From: Escherichia phage vB_EcoM_ESCO10
Sequence record: OM386655.1
Reading direction: 5' to 3' (one strand)
Length of the DNA: 64,000 nt
Below, piece after piece: positions 35,613-46,141 of this stretch (the first letter of the stretch is position 1; each line of letters begins with the position of its first letter). Below the pieces are notes generated by a model. That model was given only the letters and a program-made list of their open reading frames with translations. It ran no database searches and was not told where the DNA came from. Position numbers and translations under genes: made by a program.

Positions 35613-37109
35613 ATGAAGATTAATGTACATTTTGAAGATTTTAGTCATGTCCGAATTGAGTGTGACGATTCCACTTTCTTCGAACTCAGAGACTATTTTA
35701 GTTTTGAAGCCGATGGCTATAAGTTTAACCCAAAGTATCGTTATGGCCAATGGGATGGGAGAATTCGTCTTCTAGACTATAATCGTAAACTCCCTTATGG
35801 TCTGGTTTCACAGATGAGAAAATTCGCAGACCAATTCGAATACCAACTGTGGATTGACCCCCGTATCACCGAAACTGAAGAAATTTCTGAAACCGAATTA
35901 AAAGAATGGATTGCTTCTAAAGAAATCTATTCAGGTAATACTAAGATTGAGCCTCATTGGTATCAAGCTGATGCCGTATTCAATGGTCTTAAACATCGTA
36001 GACGCATTCTTAATTTACCTACATCCGCAGGTAAATCATTAATCCAGGCACTCCTGGCGCGTTATTACGTAGAACATTATGAAGGTAAAATTCTTATCCT
36101 TGTTCCTACTACTGCTCTCGTCGACCAGATGATTAATGACTTCGCTGATTATCGTTTATTCGGTAAACAACATATGCTTGGTATTCGAGCTGGTACCAAA
36201 CGTGATTCAGACGCAATGATTTATGTTTCAACTTATCAAACGGCTGTTAAACAACCTAAAGAATGGTTTGCTCAGTTTGGTATGTTTATGAACGACGAAT
36301 GTCACTTGGCTACAGGTAAGAGTATTTCTACTATTATTGAAGGTCTTACTAATTGCATGTTTAAATTTGGTTTGTCTGGTTCTTTAAAAGACGGTAAAGC
36401 TAACCTGATGCAATACATGGGTTTGTTTGGTGATATTTTTAAACCTGTTTCCACCTCCCAATTAATGGAAGAAGGACAGGTCACCGATTTAAAAATAAAC
36501 AGTATTTTCCTTAGATATCCAGACGAATTCACTGTTAAGATGAAAGGTAAAGATTACCAATCAGAAATTAAAGTCATTACTAAGGCTACTCGTCGTAATA
36601 AATGGGTTGCTAATTTAGCTGTTAAGCTCGCTAAGAAAGAAGAGAACGTATTCTTGATGTTTAAAAACATCGAGCACGGTAAAACTCTTTTTGAAATGGT
36701 TAAAGAGCAACATAAAGAAGTTTATTACGTATCAGGCGAAGTTAATACAGAAACTCGTAATGCTCTTAAGTTAATGGCGGAAAACGGTAAGGGTATTATT
36801 GTTGTGGCAAGTTACGGTGTATTTTCTACAGGTATTTCTGTTAAGAATCTCCATCACGTAATATTTGCCCATCCTGTAAAATCTAAAATTATTGTACTGC
36901 AAACCATCGGTCGTGTACTTCGTAAACATGACAGTAAACAAGTCGCGCAAGTTTTTGATATCATCGACGACATGGGCGTGAAACCTAAATCCAAAGATTC
37001 TAAAAAGAAATACGTTCACCTAAATTATGCATTAAAACATGGATTGGATCGTATTCAACGATATGCAGACGAGAAATTTAATTATGTCATGAAAGAGGTC
37101 CAAATTTGA
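35613..37109 (+). CDS. uvsW: UvsW RNA-DNA/DNA-DNA helicase
   Basis: 498 aa; motifs NLPTSAGKSLI (Walker A), DECH, VLQTIGRVLR; strong match to T4 UvsW. Confidence 0.95.
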   Translation: MKINVHFEDFSHVRIECDDSTFFELRDYFSFEADGYKFNPKYRYGQWDGRIRLLDYNRKLPYGLVSQMRKFADQFEYQLWIDPRITETEEISETELKEWIASKEIYSGNTKIEPHWYQADAVFNGLKHRRRILNLPTSAGKSLIQALLARYYVEHYEGKILILVPTTALVDQMINDFADYRLFGKQHMLGIRAGTKRDSDAMIYVSTYQTAVKQPKEWFAQFGMFMNDECHLATGKSISTIIEGLTNCMFKFGLSGSLKDGKANLMQYMGLFGDIFKPVSTSQLMEEGQVTDLKINSIFLRYPDEFTVKMKGKDYQSEIKVITKATRRNKWVANLAVKLAKKEENVFLMFKNIEHGKTLFEMVKEQHKEVYYVSGEVNTETRNALKLMAENGKGIIVVASYGVFSTGISVKNLHHVIFAHPVKSKIIVLQTIGRVLRKHDSKQVAQVFDIIDDMGVKPKSKDSKKKYVHLNYALKHGLDRIQRYADEKFNYVMKEVQI

Positions 37110-37801
37110 ATTATCAAAAAATTTATGACAATTTAATTAGAAGCCGAAAGGCTTCTAAACCTGAGGGTTATACAGAATCTCATCATATTATCCCGTCATG
37201 TATTGGCGGGCCTGATACTCAGGAAAATAGAGTACGCCTTACCCCAGAAGAACATTTTATAGCTCATAAATTACTAGCTAAAATTTATCCAAATAACTAC
37301 GGACTCATAAAAGCTGTTATTTCTATGGGTATGAGTTCCAGGACTCATAAAAGACAATTTAGTAAATCATACGGCTGGGAACGTAGACAATTGGCAATTC
37401 TTCAGACTGGCGAAGGAAATCCATTTTACGGTAAGCACCACACTGAAGCTCATAAAGAATACATGAGCAATTTATTTAAAGGTAGACCTATTTTATGGGG
37501 CGATAAAATATCCGCAACTAAAAAAGCGAATCCTTATAAATACACACAAGAACAATGTCAAGCTATATCTGAAAGAAATTCTGGGGTCGGCAACGGCATG
37601 TATGGTAAAAATCATACACCAGAAGCTTCTAAGAAAATTTCAGATAAAGCTAAAGAAAGATATAAAGACCCATCTAAAAACCCGGCAGCTAAAAAGGTTA
37701 CTATACATGGTGTTGAATATGGCTCGATGAAACAAGCTTCCGAAGCCACGGGTCTTTCTCGTCACAAAATCAGAAATTTAATGAAACAGGTGGATTTATG
37801 A
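37106..37801 (+). CDS. free-standing HNH homing endonuclease (paralog of 14325..14969)
   Basis: 231 aa; begins at TTG 37106 (AGAGG SD 7 nt upstream) overlapping uvsW stop; ESHHIIPSCIGGPDTQENRVRLTPEEHFIAH HNH motif; GEGNPFYGKHH and KNPAAKK shared with first copy. Confidence 0.78.
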   Translation: MNYQKIYDNLIRSRKASKPEGYTESHHIIPSCIGGPDTQENRVRLTPEEHFIAHKLLAKIYPNNYGLIKAVISMGMSSRTHKRQFSKSYGWERRQLAILQTGEGNPFYGKHHTEAHKEYMSNLFKGRPILWGDKISATKKANPYKYTQEQCQAISERNSGVGNGMYGKNHTPEASKKISDKAKERYKDPSKNPAAKKVTIHGVEYGSMKQASEATGLSRHKIRNLMKQVDL

Positions 37802-38025
37802 AGTCCTTTAAAGAAGTTATCTATGAAGCCTCTATCGAGAGCTTCATGTCTAAAATTAGTTCTTGCCAAACCATGGACGGTTTGGAGGAATTGGAGAAGT
37901 ATTACAAAACCCGAAGTAAAGAAGCCGAACTTCGTGATTCGGATGATATCAGTGTCCGTGATGCCCTAGCAGGTAAACGATCTGAATTAGAATCTATGGA
38001 TGATGACGAAGAAGAAGAGTTCTAA
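37798..38025 (+). CDS. uvsW.1: UvsW.1 small acidic protein
   Basis: 75 aa ending DDDEEEEF; AGGTGG SD; ATGA overlap with upstream endonuclease gene; position as in T4. Confidence 0.75.
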   Translation: MKSFKEVIYEASIESFMSKISSCQTMDGLEELEKYYKTRSKEAELRDSDDISVRDALAGKRSELESMDDDEEEEF

Positions 38026-38035
38026 AACAAAAAAA

Positions 38036-38057
38036 GGCCCAACCTTTCGGAAGGGCC
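38036..38057. terminator. bidirectional hairpin (GGCCC...GGGCC with inner CCTT-TCGG-AAGG)
   Basis: Seen between convergent uvsW.1 (+) and a small minus-strand ORF. Confidence 0.5.
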
Positions 38058-38088
38058 AATAACCATAAAAATGGCTATACACACTAGA

Positions 38089-38256
38089 CTAAAGCAATAA
38101 TTGTGTTTCGTTCAGCTGTTCTTCAGTGTTTTCCGTAACAGGCAGGCTTTGAACGTAATTATAACATGGACCCGGATGAACCGGACCTTTTTCTGTTTCA
38201 ACAACCAATGCAGCATCGATTGGAGTTTTACAGACAACGCAAATCTTATCTGACAT
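38089..38256 (-). CDS. small Cys-containing ORF (55 aa), uvsY.-2-like position
   Basis: Hand-translated: MSDKICVVCKTPIDAALVVETEKGPVHPGPCYNYVQSLPVTENTEEQLNETQLLL; below ORF-track cutoff. Confidence 0.3.
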   Translation of the reverse strand: MSDKICVVCKTPIDAALVVETEKGPVHPGPCYNYVQSLPVTENTEEQLNETQLLL

Positions 38257-38382
38257 GATTGTCTCCTTAGTTTATCTTACATATCTATTTATTACTTGCT
38301 AAAGCAGCGTTAATGAATTCTTGAATAAGCTTCATTTTATCAGCATCTACTTTAATAGGTTTGGTATTTTTAGTACGTCTCA

Positions 38383-38817
38383 TTATTTACCTGCCTCAAA
38401 CTGCCTCATCTCGTGCATTGTCTTAAGGTTAAAACCCCTGGCCTTAATAGCATCCAATGCCGAACTACAAAAGTCTTGTAATAAGGCCCAATACTGGATT
38501 GAAGTATCGATTTTAATTACGCTTGAATCTGCAGCCATTACGGTCTTTAATTCCGACCTCTCGTACTGGTCCATACAAACCTCATCACCAGGCTCTCCAC
38601 GTCCCGTGTAGAAATCTAATCTCTTCTTAAGAGAGGTCTTTTTCTGGATTTCTAATCGCATTATCTCTTTCTTACAATTCGTATATAGTCTTAGCCATTT
38701 GCTGTGCAGCAAAACGTTGTTCTGTACTTCATACTGTAAACGAGTCCCATCAATCTTTAAATCTTCATCTAATGCATCTTGGAACGATTCTAATTTATAT
38801 TCAATCTCTTTACTCAT
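38383..38817 (-). CDS. uvsY: recombination mediator UvsY
   Basis: ORF track extends to 38883; ATG 38817 gives 144 aa with LQYEVQNNVLLHSKWL...DTSIQYWALLQDFCSSALDAIKARGF...EMRQFEAGK aligning with T4 UvsY. Confidence 0.9.
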   Translation of the reverse strand: MSKEIEYKLESFQDALDEDLKIDGTRLQYEVQNNVLLHSKWLRLYTNCKKEIMRLEIQKKTSLKKRLDFYTGRGEPGDEVCMDQYERSELKTVMAADSSVIKIDTSIQYWALLQDFCSSALDAIKARGFNLKTMHEMRQFEAGK

Positions 38818-38875
38818 GGCATGTTTCCTGTTGAATGACCGTAGGACCATTATACACCATTTGTTTGTACAGCAA

Positions 38876-39265
38876 TTAACCACTCTGTGAGAGCTGGATT
38901 CTAATTTGCTCTAATGTGTCCGGGTCGTCAACAATACTAAACTGGACTGTTACTATAATAGAGTTGTCATCATAAACAGGGGTTACACCTACAGCAAGAG
39001 CAGAAATTCTAGGTTCGAAGTTCCGCACAGCGGAAACTATATTACGCTTAATGGTATCTGTTATTAACGGGGTGATATTCTCAAACAACTGATTGCTAAT
39101 ATCACATCCAAATTCAGGCATAAAAGGGCGAGAACCTTTACGGGTAGTAATAATGCCTAACAAACTATTTTTTACTGCACGGGACCCTGTAGCTTTAGCG
39201 ACGTCTCTATTCCAAGACGTCCTCATTTCAGGGTCCAAATCTGAATACATTTTATTGATATTCAT
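38876..39265 (-). CDS. 25: baseplate wedge subunit gp25
   Basis: 129 aa; NINKMYSDLDPEM...LLGIITTRKGSRPFMPEFGCD matches T4 gp25. Confidence 0.93.
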   Translation of the reverse strand: MNINKMYSDLDPEMRTSWNRDVAKATGSRAVKNSLLGIITTRKGSRPFMPEFGCDISNQLFENITPLITDTIKRNIVSAVRNFEPRISALAVGVTPVYDDNSIIVTVQFSIVDDPDTLEQIRIQLSQSG

Positions 39266-39888
39266 TACATCACCTTAAAGAACTCTTTAAGTCCCTCAAT
39301 AACGTGGACGGTGTGCTCACCACATTCACAAGAAATAGGTATAGCCAAAATAGGCTTAGGGGCGACTAGAGCGTCATAAACTTCTTTTATATCTTTTTCT
39401 GTTATCACAGAATAAAGGTCATCTAGTTCCGCATCACTTAAATCAGAAAGAAGAAGCTTTTCGCCTGCAGAAGTTAAAATATAATCGATACACCCTGCGA
39501 CCATCATAGCTCTATTTTTGTCTTCAAAGAGTTTAGGATATCTGAACACAATTTTAAAGTTACCAAAGTCCTTAATAACATCAGGCTCTTTACCTAATGT
39601 AGCGCGAGTTAATGTCATAGGGACAACCTGTGAGCGACCACAACTACAAACCCACTCACGTTCTATATTCACTTCAGCTAATGAATGGGCCCACAGGTTT
39701 ATCACCAGGAGCTCAGATTCTTGCTTGTTTAAATCACGAGCATCTGTGCAATTCAAAATGAGTTCATTGATAAAGGACTCTATTCTGTCTTCTAATTTAG
39801 CTTGGAGCAAGTCCTTATACTCTCTGAGGGTAAATGCTCTGCATTTTATAGTCTTGTTTTTAATTTTTACATCAAAAGTATAATTCAT
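39265..39888 (-). CDS. 26: baseplate hub subunit gp26
   Basis: 207 aa; size and position as T4 gp26; ATGA coupling to gene 25. Confidence 0.88.
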   Translation of the reverse strand: MNYTFDVKIKNKTIKCRAFTLREYKDLLQAKLEDRIESFINELILNCTDARDLNKQESELLVINLWAHSLAEVNIEREWVCSCGRSQVVPMTLTRATLGKEPDVIKDFGNFKIVFRYPKLFEDKNRAMMVAGCIDYILTSAGEKLLLSDLSDAELDDLYSVITEKDIKEVYDALVAPKPILAIPISCECGEHTVHVIEGLKEFFKVM

Positions 39889-39906
39889 TGTCTTCTCCTT
39901 TAAGCT

Positions 39907-39918
39907 TATTTATAAATA
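39907..39918. promoter_or_regulatory. overlapping divergent late promoters (TATTTATAAATA core; TATAAATA on both strands)
   Basis: Plus TATAAATA at 39911-39918 (gene 51); minus TATAAATA at 39907-39914 (genes 26/25). Confidence 0.6.
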
Positions 39919-39938
39919 CATCAATAAGAGGATACCTT

Positions 39939-40691
39939 ATGGCTAATATAGTACGTTGCGAAATGCCTGATGGAGTCCACCGATTTAAACCTTTTACCGT
40001 AGCTGATTATCGTGATTTTATTTTGATTCGAAATGATATGAATAACAAATCACCTGAAGAGCAAAAACAAATTTTAGATGAGTTACTGGAAGAATACTTC
40101 GGTGAGTACCCTATGTCATGGCGACCATACATGTTTATTGAACTGTATACGTCATCTCTCGGCAAGACCAAAATTCCTATCCGTTACACTTGCAGTAAGT
40201 GTGAAAAAGATAGACAAGTTTTATTTAATTTGAAGCAGACTAAGTTAGATAACCCTACAATTGAAGTGGCTGGCTTGAAACTGACCTTCAAATTCCCTGA
40301 AATAGAATATCATGATAAATCTGAATTGATTTTGAATACCCTCCAAACTGTAGAAGATGAAAACGGGGCCTATAATTGGGTAGACCTTTCTGAAGAGGAC
40401 CAGTTAGCTGTAATAGATGCTATAGACTTATCTACTTTAGAGGATATAGTCAAACAAACCAGCCCTATTCATTTCGAACTCAAGTATGGATGCTGTAATC
40501 GTAGAACAATTACGTATACCGATATTTTAGAAGTGTTTAAGCTTATAGTCAATCCGGATGAGATATTTTTATTTTACCAAATAAACCATTTACTGGTAAA
40601 GAACAATTATTCGTTAGAAAGCATTATGCAGATGATTCCAATCGAACGCGGTATTGCTTTGTCTTTGGTTGAAAAGGACCTTAAGAAATGA
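39939..40691 (+). CDS. 51: baseplate hub assembly catalyst gp51
   Basis: ORF track starts at TTG 39888; ATG 39939 with AAGAGGA SD lies downstream of the late promoter; 250 aa as T4 gp51 (249 aa). Confidence 0.85.
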   Translation: MANIVRCEMPDGVHRFKPFTVADYRDFILIRNDMNNKSPEEQKQILDELLEEYFGEYPMSWRPYMFIELYTSSLGKTKIPIRYTCSKCEKDRQVLFNLKQTKLDNPTIEVAGLKLTFKFPEIEYHDKSELILNTLQTVEDENGAYNWVDLSEEDQLAVIDAIDLSTLEDIVKQTSPIHFELKYGCCNRRTITYTDILEVFKLIVNPDEIFLFYQINHLLVKNNYSLESIMQMIPIERGIALSLVEKDLKK

Positions 40692-41857
40692 GTTCAAAAA
40701 CTATGCAGCGTGAAGGCTTTCCTAATATTAGTATACGCCTTTACGAAGATTATGACGCCTGGTTAGAGCATCGTTTTGTTGAACTAGGCGCGACATTTAC
40801 TACCCTAACAATGCGAGACGGGCTTTATGGTAGTAATGAAGGATTGCTCCAGTTTTATGATGCAAAAAACCTTCATACCAAAATGGATGGTGAACAGATT
40901 ATCCAAGTTTCCGTTAAGAACGCCAACTCAGAACGTACCCAATCAAGAATTTATGGAACCAAGCATTTTGCCGTAGGAGTGGATTCTAAGGGCGATAATA
41001 TCATAACAATACAACTCGCCCCTATCCACTTTTTAGAAAATCTTAAATTCGGACGTATGTTTTTCCCTAGTGTTCAAGAAACATTAACTGAAATGATTGG
41101 GGTTATTTACCAGGACCGACCACTTCTTGCCCCACCGCTGAACGGGATAAACGTTTATGTTCCTAATGTCCCGTGGTGCGATTCTATGGATAGATATATG
41201 GAGTTTGTACGAGAAGTCGGTATGGCTGTTGAATCTGATAAATTTGTATTTGTTTGGGAAGATATAGATGGTATTTCTATTATGGACTACGAATTTATGG
41301 TTAATCAAGAGCCGATCAATTTTGTAGTAGGTGAGCCTCGTTTAATAGGGCAGTATGTCCAAGATATGGACACTCCTATTGCATTTGATTTTGAGTGGCT
41401 AACTAAAGCTAACCAACATATCCGAAAACCATACGAAAATGCTACAGTATACGCTCATTCGTTCTTAGATAAAAACGCTACACGAATTACTTTTGGAGAC
41501 GGGCAAAACAGTATACTAGTTTCTCGTTCCGGCGGATATTCTGATTATACATATCGAAACGGATTTGAAGAAGCCGATAGATTAGTTACTATGGCCCAGT
41601 ATGATGGGTATGCTCATTGCAAGGTATACGGGAACTTTGAATTAACCCCAGGTGATAAGATTAATTTCTATGACCCTAAAAACCAATTCCAGTACGATTT
41701 TTATGTAGACGAAGTTATTCATGAAGTGAGTAACAATACATCAATTACAAACCTTTATATGTTTACCAATGGTAAGCCTATTAAGATTGAAGAACCACCG
41801 AAGGTTAAAAATGAACTTAAAACTGATACTCCCGATCAAGAAAATAACGCTGGGTGA
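40688..41857 (+). CDS. 27: baseplate hub subunit gp27
   Basis: 389 aa; size and position as T4 gp27 (391 aa); ATGA overlap with gene 51. Confidence 0.92.
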   Translation: MSSKTMQREGFPNISIRLYEDYDAWLEHRFVELGATFTTLTMRDGLYGSNEGLLQFYDAKNLHTKMDGEQIIQVSVKNANSERTQSRIYGTKHFAVGVDSKGDNIITIQLAPIHFLENLKFGRMFFPSVQETLTEMIGVIYQDRPLLAPPLNGINVYVPNVPWCDSMDRYMEFVREVGMAVESDKFVFVWEDIDGISIMDYEFMVNQEPINFVVGEPRLIGQYVQDMDTPIAFDFEWLTKANQHIRKPYENATVYAHSFLDKNATRITFGDGQNSILVSRSGGYSDYTYRNGFEEADRLVTMAQYDGYAHCKVYGNFELTPGDKINFYDPKNQFQYDFYVDEVIHEVSNNTSITNLYMFTNGKPIKIEEPPKVKNELKTDTPDQENNAG

Positions 41858-42332
41858 TAAAGAGATTTCTATTCCTAAATTAGGTCTTAAACACCAGAAA
41901 TTAGTTAAAGATGAAAAGGACCCTTATAAAGCTCTTCATATATTAATGGATTCCATTTATAAGGGTTTAACTGCAGCAGAAACTGATTTTGCCGCACTCC
42001 ATCTTTTAGAATTCAACGGACGTCTAAAAGAAAAAGTAACCAAAGATGGATTTACATATAATCTAAATGACCTTTATATCTGCCAACGTCTTGAATTCCA
42101 ATTCCAAGGTAAAACGTTTAAATTTAAATCACACGAACCATTCCAAACATTTGGTCCTGTTGATAGTGTACTACAATCTCTTTATCTTGGTGATGATGTA
42201 CCAGATTTTCTGGATATGCCTGCCTTTGTTGCGACATGGGCCGACGATATAACTTCTACTGTAGCTATCCCTGGTCCTAATGGTCCTATTAAAGGATTGC
42301 TTAAAATCATGGATATCTTAAATGAAGAATGA
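41811..42332 (+). CDS. 28: baseplate hub distal subunit gp28
   Basis: ORF track starts at ATG 41769; internal ATG 41811 gives 173 aa (T4 gp28 177 aa); start uncertain. Confidence 0.75.
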   Translation: MNLKLILPIKKITLGDKEISIPKLGLKHQKLVKDEKDPYKALHILMDSIYKGLTAAETDFAALHLLEFNGRLKEKVTKDGFTYNLNDLYICQRLEFQFQGKTFKFKSHEPFQTFGPVDSVLQSLYLGDDVPDFLDMPAFVATWADDITSTVAIPGPNGPIKGLLKIMDILNEE

Positions 42333-44058
42333 ATCTAATCAGAATAGTTTTCGTCGTAATAAACTGATTGAACAAATGGCTCCTCAGCGTCGTGCTGAGG
42401 CGCTAGCCCAAACTCAGAACGACGAATTAGGAAATATAACAGAAGCTTTATCAGAAACCCAGGCATCGTCTGAATTGCTCTCTGAAGTTGTTGAAACAAA
42501 GTCTAATCAGATTATTAGTTCTGTAGACCGAGTAGATAAAAGTGTCCAAGATGTTGTCGCTGGAACAGAATTAACAGCTGAAGCTATATCAGAACAGACC
42601 CAACAATCTAAAGCTCTTTCAGACGCATTAAACGAAAAGATTAATAAGCTTTCTAATATGTTGGAGGCTAAATTTTCTGGTATTTCTATACCACCAGAAG
42701 GGAGCTCGCTAAAGGTTATTGAGGACTCTATTCCAGAAGAACCTAAGGCTGAAACTCCTAAAGTCCCGGCAGTTATTGAAGATATTCTCCCGCCGGAAGA
42801 TAATAAACCTGATGCTGAATTTGTACCAGAGCCTCCTAAAAATTCGGATGAAGGTGAAGAAGGTGGTAAGAGTTCTCTTTCTGATAAAATTGAAGCCCTT
42901 ACAAAAATAACCGAAAAAGGATTTAAAGCTTCTGTAAGCGTAGCCGATAGAATTTCAGGTATGCTTTTTAAGTATACCATTACTGCTGCCGCTGAAGCAG
43001 CTAAACTGGCCGCTGGTCTGGTTCTTTTAATATTTGGTATAGATGCCATTAGAGTTTACTTCCAATATTTTATGAAGCAATTTGAAGCCGGTTGGAAAGA
43101 ATTTAACGAAAAGTTTAAAGAGTGGGGACCTGTACTTGAAGGATTAATGACTTGGGCCAAGAATGCTGAAGCCATGTTTAGTGAAGGAAATTGGCTAGGC
43201 CTAGCTGAAGCTATTATTCGTGGTATGGTTAATCTTACTAAAAATATGGCACAACTTTTAATGCTTGGTATTTCTAAGTTGATTTCATCTATTTTAAGTA
43301 AAATACCTGGTATGGGTGATTTAGCTGAAAATGTAGAGGCGTCCGCTTTAATGTCGTATCAACAAAATACAGGAGCCACTTTAGATGACGAAGACCAAAC
43401 TAAAGTAGCCAAGTACCATGATAGACGTTCAGCAGAGGCTTTAGAAACAGCCGAGAAAATGAATAAGAAGTATAAAGATAAACCTGAGCTTATAAACCAG
43501 GCAGAGAAATACGGTAATCTTACCAAAGAACAAGCTGACCAGTTACGTGCAGGTGGAATTGACACAAGCTTCCGCGACCTCCCTGAAGAAGAACGTTTGG
43601 ACTATTTCAAGAAACGTGATAAAGCCCAGGCTGATATTATTCGTTTAACCCAAACCGCTGATAATATAATGAAGCCTGATTCTAAAGATATCGAAAACGC
43701 TAAGGCATTTAAAGCGGATATCGAGAAACAATTAGCCGACCCTATTATGGCTAAAGGTGGAGCACCCAAAGACCTTAATATTCAGCAATTACTTGATAAG
43801 ATGGATAAATCTTTAGAGAAATTTAATGATGCTGAAAAGCCTAAACCAGCTTCTGTAGCTGAAGCCCCTGAAACAGCTCAAGCTAAAAAGGTTGACGAGC
43901 AAATGAGAGCAAAGGAAAATGCTAAATATAGTCAGCAAGCTCCAACTCAAATAAATCAGCAAACGAATATCAAGAAAACGAGTAAGACTAGTTATAATTT
44001 ACCACCACAGTCTTCTACTCCTGCCCCTGGTATGCGTCAAGCTACTAAAGTTAATTAG
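42322..44058 (+). CDS. 29: baseplate hub subunit / tail length determinator gp29
   Basis: 578 aa; tape-measure-like helical protein; position as T4 gp29. Confidence 0.9.
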   Translation: MKNESNQNSFRRNKLIEQMAPQRRAEALAQTQNDELGNITEALSETQASSELLSEVVETKSNQIISSVDRVDKSVQDVVAGTELTAEAISEQTQQSKALSDALNEKINKLSNMLEAKFSGISIPPEGSSLKVIEDSIPEEPKAETPKVPAVIEDILPPEDNKPDAEFVPEPPKNSDEGEEGGKSSLSDKIEALTKITEKGFKASVSVADRISGMLFKYTITAAAEAAKLAAGLVLLIFGIDAIRVYFQYFMKQFEAGWKEFNEKFKEWGPVLEGLMTWAKNAEAMFSEGNWLGLAEAIIRGMVNLTKNMAQLLMLGISKLISSILSKIPGMGDLAENVEASALMSYQQNTGATLDDEDQTKVAKYHDRRSAEALETAEKMNKKYKDKPELINQAEKYGNLTKEQADQLRAGGIDTSFRDLPEEERLDYFKKRDKAQADIIRLTQTADNIMKPDSKDIENAKAFKADIEKQLADPIMAKGGAPKDLNIQQLLDKMDKSLEKFNDAEKPKPASVAEAPETAQAKKVDEQMRAKENAKYSQQAPTQINQQTNIKKTSKTSYNLPPQSSTPAPGMRQATKVN

Positions 44059-44060
44059 GA

Positions 44061-45155
44061 TTGATAATGAAAGTAAAAGAACTCGACTTTGATGTAGCCT
44101 CCTTATTTAAAGGAGGTTCAAAAACCTCCGCAGGTCAATCTAAAGCTAAACCGGCCCAAACTACGGTAACAGCCCAGTATCCAGCAGAGAGGGCTTCCGG
44201 TAATGATACTTCTACAGATATGGTACTAAACGATTTATATAAAAATGGTTTACTTTTTACAGCATATAATTTTAGCTCTCGTGTATCGCCCGATTTGCGT
44301 AATGACCGTTCGAGCCAAATGACTAAAAAGTTTTCAAAAGCCGCTAATAAACTTACCGGTAATACTGGTGGGTTCAGTGCAGTTAAAAACCTGTTTAGTA
44401 GCAACTCTAAAGGAGTAAAATTTGATAGCCAGGCTTTAGCCAACATTTTACTCCCACGTTCCAAGTCTGATGTTGATTCAGTCACCCATAAATTTAATGA
44501 TGTAGGCGAATCATTAATTACTAAAGGCGGTGGTACTGCTACAGGTATTTTGAGTAACGTTGCTAGTACTGCGGTATTTGGTGCATTGGAATCTGTAACT
44601 AATGGGGTAATGGCTGATTCAGGAGAACAGATATATACCACCGCTCGTAGTATGTACGCAGGACCTGATAACCGTACTAAAGTATTTACTTGGGAAATGA
44701 CCCCTAGAAATGCTCAGGACCTTATCCAGATTATCAAAATATACGAAATCTTTAATTATTATTCTTATGGCGAAACAGGCAACTCTGCCTTCGCGGGTGA
44801 ATTAAAAGAGAAGATTGACACATGGTACAGGTCTACATTTAAAAAAGAAGCTATTGATAACTTTGATGGTAAGCTATTAGGAGAAGGTATTACAAGTTTC
44901 CTTTCCAATGTTATTGTAGTAAGTAACCCGACCATTTGGTATATTCGAAACTTTGGCGATACAAGTTCATATGACGGGCGCGAAGATATTTTTGGACCGT
45001 GTCAAATCCAGAGTATACGATTTGACAAAACTCCTGATGGGCATTTTAATGGTTTGGCTATTGCTCCTAACTTACCATCTACATTTAGTTTAGAAGTTAC
45101 TTTCCGTGAAATCATTACTTTGAACCGTGGCTCACTTTATACGGAAGGATTCTAA
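44061..45155 (+). CDS. 48: baseplate tail tube cap gp48
   Basis: 364 aa, same length as T4 gp48; synteny. Confidence 0.9.
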   Translation: MIMKVKELDFDVASLFKGGSKTSAGQSKAKPAQTTVTAQYPAERASGNDTSTDMVLNDLYKNGLLFTAYNFSSRVSPDLRNDRSSQMTKKFSKAANKLTGNTGGFSAVKNLFSSNSKGVKFDSQALANILLPRSKSDVDSVTHKFNDVGESLITKGGGTATGILSNVASTAVFGALESVTNGVMADSGEQIYTTARSMYAGPDNRTKVFTWEMTPRNAQDLIQIIKIYEIFNYYSYGETGNSAFAGELKEKIDTWYRSTFKKEAIDNFDGKLLGEGITSFLSNVIVVSNPTIWYIRNFGDTSSYDGREDIFGPCQIQSIRFDKTPDGHFNGLAIAPNLPSTFSLEVTFREIITLNRGSLYTEGF

Positions 45156-46108
45156 TGTATACTTTACAAGAATTTCAGAATCAGGCAATTAATATTGACC
45201 TACAAAGGAATAACCTGTTTAGCGTAGTATTTGCTACAGTTCCTTCTTCTAAATCCCAAGCGCTCCTCGACCAGTTCGGTGGAGCTTTATTTAACAACAT
45301 CCCTTTAAATACAGATTTGCTGGGTATTACACAAGGAGAGTTGACTCAAGGTGTTACGACATTAGTGACAGCGGGCACTCAGAAGTTGATTCGTAAGTCA
45401 GGCATAAGTAAATATCTGATTGGTGCTATGTCATCCAGGGTTGTGCAGAGTTTACTAGGTGAGTTTGAAGTCGGGACTTATCTTATGGATTTTTTCAATA
45501 TGGCTTATCCCACTGCGGGACTTTTAGTCCATGCAGTTAAAATCCCGGATAACACGTTGAATTATGAAATGGACCTTAACCATAACTCTCCTAATATAAA
45601 AATCACTGGAAGAGAATATTCCCCATTAGTATTAAGCTTCCGTATGGATTCTGAAGCTGCTAACTACCGTGCTTTTAATGATTGGGTCAATAGTGTCCAA
45701 GACCCTATTACGCAGCTAAGAGCATTACCTGAAGATGTTGAAGCTGACATCCAAGTCAACCTTCATTCTCGTAACGGATTGCCACATACGGTAGTAATGC
45801 TTAACGGTTGCGTTCCCGTTAGTGTTTCATCACCGGAATTATCCTACGACGGTGATAACCAAATTGCTTCGTTTGATGTTACATTTGCTTATAGAAGTAT
45901 ACAGACAGGTGCAGTTGGTAAACAAGCTGCTTACGAATGGTTGGAAGATAAAGTCCTTAAAGGTGTAGCGGGTCTAAGTGAGAGTAACTCATTAAGTTCT
46001 TCTGTAGCTAAATTGAGTAGACTTTCAGGAGCAGCAAGTGGATTGACTGGATTGGTTAATACGTTTGGTGGACGTGCTATTAATAATGGAATATCAAGGT
46101 TGTTATAA
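45155..46108 (+). CDS. 54: baseplate tail tube initiator gp54
   Basis: 317 aa; size and position as T4 gp54. Confidence 0.9.
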   Translation: MYTLQEFQNQAINIDLQRNNLFSVVFATVPSSKSQALLDQFGGALFNNIPLNTDLLGITQGELTQGVTTLVTAGTQKLIRKSGISKYLIGAMSSRVVQSLLGEFEVGTYLMDFFNMAYPTAGLLVHAVKIPDNTLNYEMDLNHNSPNIKITGREYSPLVLSFRMDSEAANYRAFNDWVNSVQDPITQLRALPEDVEADIQVNLHSRNGLPHTVVMLNGCVPVSVSSPELSYDGDNQIASFDVTFAYRSIQTGAVGKQAAYEWLEDKVLKGVAGLSESNSLSSSVAKLSRLSGAASGLTGLVNTFGGRAINNGISRLL

Positions 46109-46114
46109 TAAAAA

Positions 46115-46134
46115 AGGAGAGCCTTGGCTCTCCT
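46115..46134. terminator. bidirectional terminator hairpin (GGAGAGCC...GGCTCTCC)
   Basis: 8-bp GC-rich stem flanked by A-run and T-run; between convergent gene 54 and minus-strand ORF. Confidence 0.65.
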
Positions 46135-46141
46135 TTAGGGG

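Noticed and set aside
38291-38382. about 30-aa ORF immediately downstream of uvsY
   Set aside because: Too short and without recognisable SD; could correspond to a uvsY.-1-like peptide but unsupported
42507-43049. 180-aa minus-strand ORF
   Set aside because: Antisense within gene 29
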